64,000 bases of DNA from positions 358,546,001-358,610,000 of the forward strand of contig OZ024740.1 of the NCBI GenBank assembly GCA_964016885.1. The letters run 5' to 3'. This document shows, piece after piece, positions 27,200 through 43,012 of the stretch. Numbering within the stretch: the first letter of the stretch is position 1; every line of letters begins with the position of its first letter. The DNA is from Eledone cirrhosa (taxonomy: Eukaryota). The notes under the pieces were generated by a model that saw nothing but the letters and a program-made list of their open reading frames with translations, did no database searches and had not been told where the DNA came from. The position numbers and the translations under genes were made by a program.

Positions 27200-28538
27200 G
27201 TTCGGTTACTCTATCAGTTGTTGAACTTCCAAATATCTGATCCACCGAAACTCAGCTGTTTTGGATCACACCAAAATCAACATACTGATTGCGGATTTGG
27301 TACGGGTGATGAGAAACGTGTCCCGCATGTGCAACCCCAAAGAACTAGCGAGACACATACAACACTTTATCCACCGTATGCAGTTCTCTGGTTACAATCA
27401 GAGAGATAAAATCAGAGTGTATAGAGGAGCCAGAACCAAAAATTGTAAATAATGATACAAATGGGACCTGCCCCTTGTATAGGAGCACATTTTGGAATAG
27501 AATAGAACGAACTAGGAATAAGGTTAATAGAATAAACTCATGGTATGATAGCAATCAATACCACCCCTAGAGGTGAATTAGCTTACACATTTAGAAGGGC
27601 CCTAGATAAACATAAACTTAATATTAAGATAGTAGAAAGACCAGGTACCTCCATAAAAACACTTATTAGCAATACATACCCTTTTCAAGGACTCCCTGTA
27701 TAGATAAGAAATGCATAATCTGTAAACTAAACCCCCATATTAACTGTAAAACTAGAAATGTAGTATATAGCATAAGATGTACTGAAGGACAATGTAGAGA
27801 TAAGAATATAGTGTATATAGGTGAGACAGCTCGTAGTATAGGAGAACTGTTAAATGAACACTGGCGAAAACTTCAAGATAAAAAAGAATCATCAATACTC
27901 CACCAACATGCTAAAATAGAACATAAGGGCAAATTAGAGAACATAGAAATAGAAATACAATCTACACACAGAAAAGACGCAATGTTTAGACAAATCACAG
28001 AGGCAATAAACATAAATGAACTTCAACCAAAATTAAATAGAAAACATTAATGGAATAGCAACATCACAACTTACAATTAAGGACAAAATGAAAACATACA
28101 CACAAATAGAACAAACAACCAACCAGTAACATGTAAATAAACAAATAAATAAACAAATAAAAACACACACAGACACCCGGATGTAACACATGCGCAAACT
28201 AAGCCCACAACACACACAAAAACAAGATGGTGTAGGACAGAACAAAGGAGAGGCACAAAACAAAGAAAAGAATCCTCAGTCACTGAAGAGGTCACAGAAT
28301 GTGTGACGAAAGATCTTTGACAATATATGAACAACCGTCTGGTTATGGAACCAACCAACCAACCAACCAGCCGGAAATTTATAAATTCTTAAATTTATAA
28401 ATATAATTTATAATAAATTGGAGTGAAACAACTGGTGCGTGTGTTTCTTATTGGCAACATAACCCTCCCAAAGCATAACAATATCGGTTTCAACACACGT
28501 TTTCAGATAAAGAATCTTGCTAAACAAATTCAGAAACG

Positions 28539-28540
<2 letters not shown>
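27200..28540 (+). mobile_element. PLE of a different clade: 3' part with GIY-YIG and pseudo-LTR
   Basis: RMQFSGYN..CPLYR; CIIC..NCKTRNVVYSIRC..YIGETAR..H..HQH..RQITEA..PKLN; terminal sequence recurs at 25500-25700. Confidence 0.85.
28279..28321 (+). ncRNA. Minimal type I hammerhead ribozyme
   Basis: GTCA-CTGAAGA-G GTCACA GAATG TGTGAC-GAAA-GATC-TT-TGAC. Confidence 0.8.
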
Positions 28541-28614
<74 letters not shown>

Positions 28615-28621
<7 letters not shown>

Positions 28622-29215
28622 AGTATGTATGTATACGTACATACATATATGTATACAGACGTACAGTAGTATGTATATATGTATACATACATGTACACAT
28701 ATATATATGTGCGTATCGGTTTACTGAACATTTATTATAATGTTCGGTTTGTTTGTAAACAAACAGCCCGAATTAAGCCGTACAGTGTTTAGCAACCATC
28801 GTTACCCTTTTGTTCAACACTGACAAAGGAACGATGTACTAGTTTCAAGCTTATTAGCTATCGTCAGCATCGTATACCTTCCTGCCAGATGATTGAACGT
28901 CTGAAAGTATATACTTTCCTTATGCATAATAACGGCTGAGCAGCCTAATTTGCATATCGAGTGAGTTTAGTTGGCCGGGCTCACCGAAAACGATAAATGG
29001 AAAAAATGAAATGAAATTTCATTTCTTTCTCACTCTTAGTACGGCAGTTACTTAAATGCAATTATGTATGTATATGTACATACATATATGTATACAGACG
29101 TACAGTAGTATGTATATATATACATACATGTACACATATATATATGTACGTATCGGTTTACTGAACATTTATTATAATGTTGCCACCATCGTTGCCCTTT
29201 TGTTTAATATTGACA
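28615..29215 (-). mobile_element. Non-coding tandem HHR unit (~440-bp period)
   Basis: Partial direct repeats 28620-28815 and 29060-29215; second copy at 36321-36960. Confidence 0.75.
28831..28873 (-). ncRNA. Minimal type I hammerhead ribozyme
   Basis: ACGATG-CTGACGA-TAGCTAATAAGCTT-GAAA-CTAG-TA-CATCGT. Confidence 0.85.
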
Positions 29216-29242
29216 TATATATATATATAATTATATATATAC

Positions 29243-29362
<120 letters not shown>

Positions 29363-29440
29363 GGAGAGAGAGAGAGAGGGGAGAGAGAGAGATTAAGAAG
29401 AATCGAAGTCAGTGTAACAGTATATGTACAAACTTAGTTG

Positions 29441-29526
29441 GCATATTACAGCTGTTTCGATATCGATCAGTTCAGGCTACATCAAGATGACAAGACTCGC
29501 CTATTTTTCAACCTCGTCAGACAAGC
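29441..29526 (-). ncRNA. HHR motif; decayed inverted partner at 29578-29666 (+)
   Basis: GCTTGT-CTGACGA-GGT..ATC-GAAA-CAGCTG-TA-ATATGC; the partner has CAATTG, so the palindrome is kept. Confidence 0.6.
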
Positions 29527-29880
29527 AAGTTTATATGTGCAAAGACAGTTTAGATGTGTCTGTGTACATATATACTCGTATATCTGACATGATGACGAAA
29601 AAGAGTTGCGCTTCCTTATCTTGATTTTACTCTGAGCTGATCGATAACGAAACAATTGTAATATGCCAATAAAGTTTGTACATATGCTGCAACACTGACT
29701 CCGATTCTTCTTAATCTGTTCACATTCTTCGCACTACAGCCGCCTTAAGACTGGAATACAGCTCAACATGAGACGGACCTCGTAACAGCATTGAGTTCTT
29801 CGAACGGAGCGCCGCCTGTGACTGTAGTTACAGACCTAACTACCCCCCCCCATATATATATAAATATATATATGCGCGCA

Positions 29881-30023
<143 letters not shown>

Positions 30024-30130
30024 ATAATAATAAATTTGAAGACTAAAATCCAAAGAGGGCTCGATAAGGATAACTATATATGAAATATATAAGAACCATA
30101 GAGCAAATATTTATTAAAATAACAGATTAA

Positions 30131-30181
30131 AGTTTAAGCAAAGAATCGTTGCTTTCACCCTTAACGGGATCTTCTGAAAAT
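30131..30181 (-). ncRNA. HHR-like motif, family A (CAGAAGA core)
   Basis: TTT-CAGAAGA-TCCCGTTAAGGGT-GAAA-GCAA..TTGC-TT-AAA. Confidence 0.6.
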
Positions 30182-30599
30182 AAAAAAGTCAATCTGTGAA
30201 CGCAGAAGTAAATATTTCAAAAAACATTGCAACCGGAGGAAGACAGGAAGACGATACTTTGGTTCGTGGAAACGTTCCCACAGCAAGACGTAAAATATCC
30301 GCGTATAGTTCGTACTATCCGTTAGGGTATAATGTAAGGCTGTAATACAGGAATGTTTTGTGCAATTTATGTTTACAAGCCGAAATTGCCTCCGATTTTT
30401 TGTTTAAGATGTGGTCTTTAGCGTAGAGTATTTCCAGGGCCTCAGCGGCGCAGAGGTCACATGGTTTTTTATTTCCGTTATACGATCTAGCCTTAGGTAG
30501 GATCTCCCAGTGTAACTTATATTGGATGTGGTTGTCATTTAGACTCCAGATATAAGCTGAAAGTGACGTCATATTCCTCGGTAGAGCACTCTATTGACT

Positions 30600-32704
30600 T
30601 ATATTCATCATGCAGAAACAACATCTGAATATTTCTACAAAGAACATACCCGTACCAAGCAGGAAAACATACCTAAAACTCCTGATACAGTAAACAGACG
30701 CGTCATTAAAAGGTTGCGTTGGCGTGCCCTTTATTTCGATAAACACAACAAACAGGATAAATTTGGGTTTAAAACCTATAATAACCCTCCGAGGAACCCA
30801 GCATTGCTACCCTTCGAAAATGATGTCTTGGAACTCATACGAAGTATCAAATTTCGGAATAGGAGCAATTCCTTCCAGCAGGATCTGAAGAATAGAATTC
30901 GTTCTATTAAGGATTCTAATGCCGTGCTCATCGACTTCGACAAAACTGGCAATCTATATCAAGTGGAGCGCAGTACTTACCATCAACTGCTACATAATGC
31001 TATAACTAAGGATTACCGTAAAACTAATCGGAGCGTCATTAATATCAACGATGCTGGGTTTAAAATCACCTCTGATCACAACATCCTGGACCGGACTGAA
31101 CCTCTGGACCCAATTTCTCCCCACTTTACCCTGAAGGATCACAAATCCAATTTCCGCTTAGTAACCCTACGAAGTTCGATTTAGGTAGACTTAGTAAAAT
31201 GATTTTAGATTGAATTATACCTGAAATTAGAAGTTTGGACCCTCTTGCACTGTGGAACAATTCTTTCGCGGTGATTGATTGGTTCAACGGCATATGCAAC
31301 AAGGTACATTGCCGTTTTATCCAATTAGGCATCAATAATTACTACACCTCCATCAATTTACCACTTCTCTTTAGAGTTATCAATTTCGCTAAAACACTCA
31401 CAGTGGTTAAGGATTTCGAAGTTGATGTCATCCTCAATGCCCGTAAGTCGGTGATTAATTTCGACGACTCTATATGGATTAAAAAATCTAAGAACACCCC
31501 ATTCGACGTGAGTATGGGCGCCAGCGATTCTGTGGAGGTTACTGATCTTATCGCCCTTTTCATTCTTTTCTCTATCAAGGAAGAATTTCCCAACGTGGGC
31601 GGTGTTTTGTACCGTGATGATGGTCATTTGACCATGAAAAAGTGCGGCCCACGTGCTTGCGGCAGGTTCGGAGAAGAACTCACAGCCTTCTTTAAAAACT
31701 TCAACCTCTCTATACAGGTTGAGGCCAACCTCTCGGTTGTTAATTACCTCGAAGTTACCCTCAATTTATCGAATGGGTTGCACTACCCGTATAGAAAGCC
31801 GAATGATACACTTAATTACATAAGTAAGCATTCTAACCATCCTGCCAGCATAACCAAGAACCTGGTAAGAAACGTTTCTTTGAGGCTTTCCCGTCTATCT
31901 ACTAACGAGAATATTTTCAACGACCATTCCACATATTACAATGAAGCTCTTGCTCGGGGTGGATTTGTCGATAAGGTAGCATATACAGAGTACGAGAATA
32001 GACCTAGGAAAAATAGATCCCGACGCATTATATGGTATAACCCACCATATAATATGGAGGTGGCCACACCATTAGCTAAGATCTTTCTCTCCCTTATTAT
32101 GAGGCATTTCCCCCCAGCACATAAATATAGTAAAATTTTTAATAGAAATACCATTAAAATTTCTTACTCTACGACTCCTAACCTTGCACATAACATCACA
32201 GCTTCAAATTTAGCTAAACTACCTAGCCGTAGGAACACGTGCAACCCTGTAGCTAGTACTAACTGAAATTGTAGGAATCGGGTTGACTGTCCCCTATCTG
32301 GGAAATCCCTCTCTAGTAACATTGTCTACAAATGTAAGGTTGAAACACCCACGTCCCGTAGGGCCTACATAGGGTTAAGCGCTAATAGATTCAAGCAGCG
32401 TCTTTACATGCATACCCATTCTTTTCTTAACCCGTTAAGAAGGAATATGACGTCACTTTCAGCTTATATCTGGAGTCTAAAAGACAACCACACCCAATAT
32501 AAGTTACACTGGTAGATCCTAGCTAAGGCTAGATCGTATAACGGAAATAAAAGACCATGTGACCTCTGCGCCGCTGAGGCCCTGGAAATACTCTACGCTA
32601 AAGACCACATCTTAAACAAAAAATCGGAGGCAATTTCGGCTTGTAAACATAAATTGTACAAAACTTTCCTGTATTACAGCCTCACATTATACCCTAACGG
32701 ATAG
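30600..32704 (+). pseudogene. PLE RT plus C-terminal GIY-YIG endonuclease, disrupted
   Basis: ORFs 30594-31184 and 31235-32266, plus the continuation after TGA 32264 to TAG 32704. Confidence 0.88.
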
Positions 32705-32845
32705 TAAGAACTATACGCGGATATTTTACGTCTTGGTGTGGGAACGTTCCCACGAACAAAAGTATCGTCTTCCTGTCTTCCTCCGGTTGCAACGTCTTTT
32801 GAAATATTTACTTCTGCGTTCACAGATTGACTTTTTTAGTTTCAG

Positions 32846-32894
32846 GTTTCAGAAGATCCCGTTAAGGATGAAAGCAGCGATTCTTTGCTTAAAC
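32846..32894 (+). ncRNA. HHR-like motif, family A (CAGAAGA core)
   Basis: GTTT-CAGAAGA-TCCCGTTAAGGAT-GAAA-GCA..TGC-TT-AAAC. Confidence 0.6.
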
Positions 32895-32906
32895 GTTAAT
32901 CTGTTA

Positions 32907-32956
<50 letters not shown>

Positions 32957-33851
32957 CGAGGTGAGTCAGAAAAGTTCCAGGACTGATGTCACAAAAGATT
33001 TATTTGAAACCCAAACTTCACACTAAGAGTTTTCTCCTTAAAAGTAATCCCCCTGGAGTATGTAACTGCAATCTTAGCTCTCTGCAGCGATCAAACTTTT
33101 TTCTTCATAATTTTATATACATGTCCTCTGTTTCAGGTCGTCAAGCAATGAGCACAGAGCAACGAACAAACTTGAAAACTCCGTCAGAAGCACTGGGATT
33201 GCTGCAGCAAGTGTATGGAGATGGGACGATGTCACGCGCATGTATTTTTGAGTCGTGCAAGAGGTTTAAAGACGAACGCGAGGATGTGGAAGATGACCCC
33301 AGGAGCGGAATGCCCTCAACAACCAGGACTGAGGGTAATGTTAAGCGCGTCAGGCAGATGGTACGTAGCGATCGTCGGCTGACTATTCGACTGATGGCAT
33401 ATGAGCTGTGCATGATTCGGACAGCGTCTGGAAGATTCTCACTGAAGATTTGGACATGCGGAAAGTCTGCATGAACATGATGCCAAAACTGCCGAACGAT
33501 GACTAGAAGGGTCGACGCATGCATGTGTGCCAGGACATCCTCCAGCGTCTTGAAACCGAAACAGACTTGCTAGGGACAGTCATCACCGGTGATGAATCAT
33601 GGATCTTCGAGTACGACCCGGAGGGGACCCGTTTTGAAAACGTGGACGACATCAAAAAGGCCGTGACGACGGAACTGCGGAGTATCCCGGAAGAATCCTT
33701 CCAGGAGTGCATGCAAGCGTGGCAAAAAAAGATGGAAAAGTGCATTAGACTCCAGGGGGATTACTTTGAAGGAGAAAACTCTTAGTGTGAAGTTTGGGTT
33801 TGAAATAAATCTTTTGTGACATTAGTCCTGGAACTCTTCTGACCCACTTCG
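32957..33851 (+). mobile_element. Mariner, internally deleted, ~103-bp TIRs, TA target duplication
   Basis: HTH remnants (EDDPRSG.P), VITGDESWIFEYDPE fused to GTRFENVDDIK..GDYFE; TIRs 32957-33059 and 33749-33851. Confidence 0.92.
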
Positions 33852-34030
33852 TATATATACATATATATATATATGTGTGTGTGTGTGCGCGCGCGCATAT
33901 ATATATATGGGGGGGGGGGGGTTAGTTAGGTCTGTAACTACAGTCACAGGCGGCGCTCCGTTCGAAGAAATCAATGCTGTTACGAGGTCCGTCTCATGTT
34001 GATCTGTATTCCAGTCTTAAGGCGGCTGTA

Positions 34031-34083
34031 GAGCCTCCTAATGATTTCTCACGATTGAAACAGTTCTAGTCCTGTAGAAGCTC
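34031..34083 (+). ncRNA. Decayed HHR (core CTAATGA) in a pseudo-LTR fragment
   Basis: GAGCCTC-CTAATGA-T..T-GAAA-CAG TTCTAGTC CTG-TA-GAAGCTC. Confidence 0.55.
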
Positions 34084-36320
34084 TTCTATATTAAAACTTT
34101 TATACTCTGGTATGTATTGAGTACCTTACTTATTGTGGTTACCTCCGATTCAAACCGGAATAACTTATATATATATATATATACATAAATGTATATATAT
34201 ATGTTTAAGGTAAGTAGATATGGAGGTGTACATATATATGTATATGTATAACTACCTTTTATACATATTTTCATACGAATTAAAATCACTTAAGATCGAA
34301 AATCGAATGAACAAACGTTTTGTTTTTCTCTTAAATATTTATTGTTTAAATTATCCATGAGCGTTTATCCTTTTGATCTTAATTGAAACTTTTCAACTAT
34401 TTACAGGGAATATGTGTATTATAAGCGCTACATTTTTGTTTTTGATTCTTTTCTCAACGTAGTCAAAATGAATAAAGAGTTATTAATTTTGGCTCAGCAC
34501 CTGAGAAAATTAACTAGGCATTATGCTTGGCCGCCGAATTGAATTGAGAGCACTGCATGACTCTTTAGCTGGATGTACCCTCTACTTACCTCTATATCGA
34601 TGCTTGGGGACGTAATACACCCGGCTCCCTTTCTGCATGCTTCTGATACACGCATACACATTCACACATACATATATACATAAACACATACATATACATG
34701 CATACGTACATATATATACATATATAATACACATTTATATACATACAAATATACATACATACACTCGGGCCCATATAATAGGGAGGCTGGGATAAACGAG
34801 GGGATGGTGTTGAAACAAGCTTATGAGTTGGAATTAGCGGGGGTAGGCGGTGTAGGAATAAGAGAAGTGGGTTGAAAAATCGGTAATATTTCTAGGTTGT
34901 CATCGTTGAAAATTTAAAAACTAGAATTAGTCGTATAGTTTACATGTTAGGTTCCCAACTCAACATATTTATTTTATAAGGTATGGGATTTCTAGTAATG
35001 TACTTTTTTGTCATGTATAATATTTTTTAATGAATAAAGAAAATTAATTGTCGCAGGAATGCTGCCATTTAAAATAAAATATCGCCCAAGATAGATTAGC
35101 AAATTTCAATATACTGGAGCGGGTGTGGTATAAGAGAGGAGGCTGTGGGGTGGGTGTTTAAACACTCTGAAAAATTAAAAAGCAGGTGTGGGGCGTAATT
35201 AATCCAGACACGAGAGGACATATATATGAAACGATCTCGCTATTTCTCAACTTATCACAAAATTTGACACTGAGATCGAAATATATCACAAAATATTCCA
35301 TGAATAAAACAAAACACATGAAGAAATGAACCTTCTATTGGAAAGTTTGTGGGTGAATAAAAGGGCTTAAATATCCTCTTTGCGTGTCTTTCTTCTCTTC
35401 ATATCTCCCTGTCTCCATCTCCCTTTCTTTGTCACACACACAATCTCAGACGATAATGTGTTTATTTGCGTCTACGAATATGTACTGATCAATATATATA
35501 TGTGTACACATGGTGCGTTTGTGTGTGCACACCTGACTTAAAGTTCGCTGTGTGTGTATGTGTGAATGTTCCTGTCTGTGTACGTAATTACGTACGTGAT
35601 TATGTATATATTTACTTAAACAGCGCGAACGTGCGCGTGATTGCACGTATGATTGTACGAATGTAGTTGGACACTGTTATCTGAGTTTGCATGTACATAT
35701 CGATATATATGTATTTACATATAGACACATAGCTTTTCGTGAGTGCGTATCTCTGTATGCTCACATAAATCTCATCGTATTCATGTTTATCTCTCCTGGT
35801 TCCACGATTACCACCCTTATATATAATCCATGATTTAAAAGCAAACACAAATGTGTTTGGTTCTTTCTTCTTTTCTGTTTGTTTTTCTTCGTTGCCTACA
35901 TTTTCTTTCTCTCCATTTTCTAAACGCAAAACGTTATGTACTAACATTTTGTCACGTCTCAGCGATAATCTAATATTAACCATTTGGACCATCGTCCATC
36001 TTGTCGTTCTTTTCTTGTTCTTTTGTGCCTTCATTCAATGTAAATTTAAGTCTGTAGCCTGCGGTGTAAATGAAGTGGTTGAATAATTACAGGTTTAAAA
36101 TCTTCTCAATAGAGGGCTTGGTGACCAGCGCCTTTTCAGCATAATGGTTAATGCAATCGCTAGGCATCCGTGCAAATTGGGGGTTGTTTCCTGGCAGGCG
36201 CAGTTGGCTATTTTTCCGTTTCCAGAAGTATTTTACTCAATTTTCTCAATTATTACTTATAGTGATCAACTATTAATAAGGTCATTTGCGTTGGGACTCA
36301 CATATCAAATTGCGTTGGGA

Positions 36321-36954
36321 GTAGCCCAATTTGCATATCGAGTGGGTTAATCGGCCGGGTGCACCGTACATACATACGTACATATATATATGTGTGCGTG
36401 TATGTATATATATATACATACTACTGTACGTCTGTATAAATATATGTATGTACGTGTACATACTTATATTTAAGTAACAGCCGTACTAAGAGTGGGAAAT
36501 GAAATTTTGTTTCATTTTTTCCGTTTATCGTTTTCGGTGCACCCGGCCGATTAACCCACTCGATATGCAAATTGGGCTACTCAGCCGTTAATATGCATAA
36601 GATAAGTATATACGTTCAACAATAATCTGACAGGAAGGTATACGTTGCTGACGATAGCTAATAAGCTTGAAACTAGTACAGCGTTCCTTTGTCAGTGTTG
36701 AACAAACGAGCAACGATGGTTGCTAGACACTACGGCTTAATACGGGATGTTTGTTTACAAACCCACCGAGCATTATAATAAATGTTCGGTGAATCCATAC
36801 GTACATATATATATGTGTGCGTGTATGTATATATATATACATACTACTGTACGTCTGTATACATATATGTATGTACGTGTACATACTTATATTTAAGTAA
36901 TTTAAGTAACAGTCGTACTAAGAGTGGGAAATGACATTTCGTTTCATTTTTTCC

Positions 36955-36960
<6 letters not shown>
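36321..36960 (+). mobile_element. Non-coding tandem HHR unit (423-bp period) with 5' inversion
   Basis: Direct repeats start at 36373 and 36796; 36321-36366 is inverted at 36536-36582. Confidence 0.8.
36642..36684 (+). ncRNA. Minimal type I hammerhead ribozyme
   Basis: ACGTTG-CTGACGA-TAGCTAATAAGCTT-GAAA-CTAG-TA-CAGCGT; stem I differs at both sides from 28831 while still pairing. Confidence 0.85.
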
Positions 36961-37013
<53 letters not shown>

Positions 37014-37090
37014 GCTAGAAGACTGGGAGGTTATATCCGCTGTAAGTAAAGTACTCAGTCCATAGAAAGAGTTACTTGTGTATTTTCAAC

Positions 37091-37129
37091 TCGAGTAGAA
37101 AATCCACAAAGTGAAACACGTGTCCTCGA
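37091..37129 (+). ncRNA. Minimal HHR-like motif with U3-A4-A8 core
   Basis: TCGAG-TAGAAAA-TCCACAAAGT-GAAA-CACGTG-TC-CTCGA. Confidence 0.55.
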
Positions 37130-37227
37130 AGATGGTTTGCTAACTATTGTGGAACTATCGCACACACATACACACACACATATACACACACACATACACA
37201 CACGCACACACACACACACACACACAG

Positions 37228-37314
<87 letters not shown>

Positions 37315-37317
37315 TAT

Positions 37318-37425
37318 AGGAAAATGTATGACCCCGACGGCAGAGCTCAAGCCGTTTAGACGGCTATTTCTGGACGCATGGTGCGTTATGGTCCATCTGG
37401 TTCCTTACCACAACTCCTTCGTTAT
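37318..37425. mobile_element. PLE family B pseudo-LTR fragment with inversion
   Basis: Matches 23285-23337 and 25161-25205. Confidence 0.75.
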
Positions 37426-38076
37426 ATATATATATATATATATATTGCTCCTTTATTGCTAAATCATATCATCCAACACAACTTATTCCGTCATTTTTTA
37501 AACTTCTTATATAACACACTTTCATATTAAGTAGTAACAAAACACTAAGTAGATTACAGAATCTTTGTATGAAATGCATGAATTGATTTAAAACGCTACA
37601 TAGGGTGAATATATAATATGGAGATATAGCTTGTGCAACACGATCTGTAGCGCGTTTAGTGAAGCTGTCAGTGAATAAATATGTATAAGCTGATTAATAT
37701 ACTTTAATAATATTCACACTGTCATAGGATTTTTCTTGCGAGGAGAAATAGTAAAAACCTATTGAAGAGATAATTGAAAAATCGTTTACCAAATTAGACC
37801 ATAAATATTAACTGGGAACCTTAGAGTGGCGAAATGGTTTACACGAAATGGTTTACACGCACCAATGTTTGTGATAAGAGATTGTTGATAATTCTCTAAA
37901 TAAATGTATCGTAGCTGTTATTGCAGAAAAAGCGAACATAAGAAAAGTAAGTGAATATATTAAATAAATGAAAAAATATATATATATGAAAAGAGATTTA
38001 TATATTGCTAAGAGACAGCAATACCGGGCTAGAAAAGGTATCGAGTTAAGATAAACATATATATAAATAAAAATAT

Positions 38077-40355
<2,279 letters not shown>

Positions 40356-40427
40356 ATATATATATAGAGAGAGAGAGAAAGATTGAAGAATAACATGGTC
40401 AGCTGTACAACAAGGGGTTTTATTTCA

Positions 40428-40540
40428 AGTATTAACAATTGTTTCATTGATAAGGTGAGTCTAAAGGCCGCTAATCACCCGATGTTGCGTCACTCGACCT
40501 TAAATACAGTGTTTACCTCTGATCAAATCATCAGAATACT
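40428..40540 (-). ncRNA. Type I hammerhead with long stem II
   Basis: AGTATT-CTGATGA-TTTGAT..ATCAAT-GAAA-CAATTG-TT-AATACT; relative at 55255. Confidence 0.8.
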
Positions 40541-40974
40541 AGAGAGTTCACATATAGCAATGGTATATATACAACGTAGAATCAAAACAATAACATCAAT
40601 AATAAAATATAATGATAAAGAGGTAAATAAGTTACAAATGTAAAAAATAAGTAAAAAAAAATATAAGTATAGAATACGATTGCTGATAATAGTGATGGTA
40701 GTGAGTAAGTGTATGTATAAAGAAGTGAGAGTGGAGATAATACTAACATGAAAAGCAATATTTGATACATACATACATACGTGATGGTCAAATCTCAGAG
40801 GATTAGAAGTAGAGAATAAAAGGTAGTAATAAATGACAGATAAAAGATAAAAAATAATAAATAAAAAATTAAGTGTGAGATACAAGGATGAGATATAAGG
40901 ACGTTAAAACTATCCACAATACAGAGTACTCACAACCTCTAACTGGATTACCTATAACGATAACTTGTTATTCC

Positions 40975-41013
<39 letters not shown>

Positions 41014-41598
41014 ATAGGATATGTGTTCCTACACGCACAAGGCGCTAAGGGACACATGTATTGTCCAACCATATGCCAATGTGGTTCAATGGCAGGTTAA
41101 TAAATTAACGAGCCAGAACATATATAATCAAGGTTTAGCAAATAAGATAAAGTTCCAAAATAAATTTTTTAAAATTTATTTTAAAACTTTATCTTATTTG
41201 CTAAACCTTGATTATATATATATATATATCAACTCTGATATAAACCTAGGAATTTTAAACTAGACATATGATCATTATTTTTCACACATTATTGATACGT
41301 GTCTCATTCATGAATACTGATATTTACATTATAATACCTAATTCATACGAATTGATATTTTTACATTGATGAAACATAATGTTTTAAATCTGCCTCGTTT
41401 ATGTCTGGATATTTTTCTTTTCTCTCTATGTAACGGCTGTTTTCTCTCCTAACCATATATATCTCTCTCTACCTTAATACTAGAACTAAATAAATAAATA
41501 AATAAATAAATATATCATTGATACGTCATTCAACTGGTGCCCAACTACCTATTTTCTTTCTCTCTATCTCTATCTATATCTCTCTCTCTCTATTTTTA

Positions 41599-41630
<32 letters not shown>

Positions 41631-41890
41631 CTATCTATCTCCCTCTGTGTTTTTTCCTCTCTCTATATATCTCTCTCTGTTTCTTTACATGAATTTCTTC
41701 TCTCTATCTATCTCTCTATATCTATCTCTCTCTATTTAGTTGCATGCATTTCTTCTTTTTCTTCGCTTTTTTTCTTTCTTTCTTTTTATAACTGTCCCTA
41801 ACATTTTTCACTACCAAATCAACTTTTTAAATGGAAGTTGAAATTGAAAGGTATGTCAAATCTATCTATTTATAAGACTGTTTATATTGT

Positions 41891-41954
41891 ATTTTGTCTG
41901 AAGAAGGCATACCATATTTTTAATATGATATCCCTGAAATATATATAATGAAAT
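41891..41954 (+). ncRNA. Type I hammerhead with TA-only stem III
   Basis: ATTTTGT-CTGAAGA-AGG..CATATT/AATATG..CCT-GAAA-TATATA-TA-ATGAAAT; relative at 56111. Confidence 0.75.
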
Positions 41955-42287
41955 AAATATGGTTTTATAAATATAGTTTCCATTTATTTAATATCGTAAA
42001 TATACTCCAAATACTTGTTGAGTGCTTTTATATCAGTTATAAATATTTACTCGTTGTAACCCAACAATTTAAATAAAACTTTGTATATATATATATATAT
42101 ATATTTAATACATTAACAGAGAAAGCTTTAAGCGATACTCTGAACAACTCCATCTCACTCAACAAACATTAGGATATACCTAAATATAATCCCAATTAAG
42201 TGTATGGGGTGCTAACTATACAGTATTCCGTGGATAGCTGGTTGTATTATTTTATATGAGACAGAATTAAATAAATCTCTCTTTCTT

Positions 42288-42410
42288 TCCATACGATCGT
42301 TTCGTTATAAGATTTCTACAAGTTGGGATAAATAATGTCCAAGTTATGTAGAAACTTGAATATAATCCATAGATATACACACAAACGGGCCCTTGTAACT
42401 CATCAGTGGA
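42288..42410 (-). ncRNA. Type I hammerhead with long stem II
   Basis: TCCA-CTGATGA-GTTACAAG..CTTATAAC-GAAA-CGATCG-TA-TGGA. Confidence 0.75.
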
Positions 42411-42629
42411 TGCCCATGCAATATCGATATAAAAATGACATCGATATTAATAATTAGTGATGGTCTCCGTCAGTGCTAGAAGGACAGCTAAATTTGAAAA
42501 GCCATTAGTCCTTCAAAAAGAAAAAAAAATATATATATATATATTATTTGCTCTACGGTTTATATATATGTATTTATATATATAATCCTTATCGAGCCCC
42601 CTTCAGATTTTAGTCTTCACATTTATTAT

Positions 42630-42720
<91 letters not shown>

Positions 42721-42730
42721 CATATATAGT

Positions 42731-42780
42731 GAGCTGTACTGATGAAGGATGATATCCAGAAACATTAGTGTCTGCAGTTC
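42731..42780 (+). ncRNA. Minimal type I hammerhead ribozyme
   Basis: GAGCTGTA-CTGATGA-A GGAT GAT ATCC A-GAAA-CATTAGTG-TC-TGCAGTTC. Confidence 0.8.
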
Positions 42781-42915
42781 TGTTTACAGACCAACACAAG
42801 AGCAAGAAAGAGGGGCTCATTTTACTGACATGGCTTTACAAATGAGGCTTGTTTGCATAATTGCAAACGAATCGAATGTTATTATTAATATTCGAAAAAC
42901 TCAGATTACATTTAT

Positions 42916-43010
<95 letters not shown>

Positions 43011-43012
43011 CT

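Noticed and set aside
27690-27830. Selenocysteine in the Cys-rich linker of the 27-28 kb PLE
   Set aside because: All Cys positions read TGT or TGC
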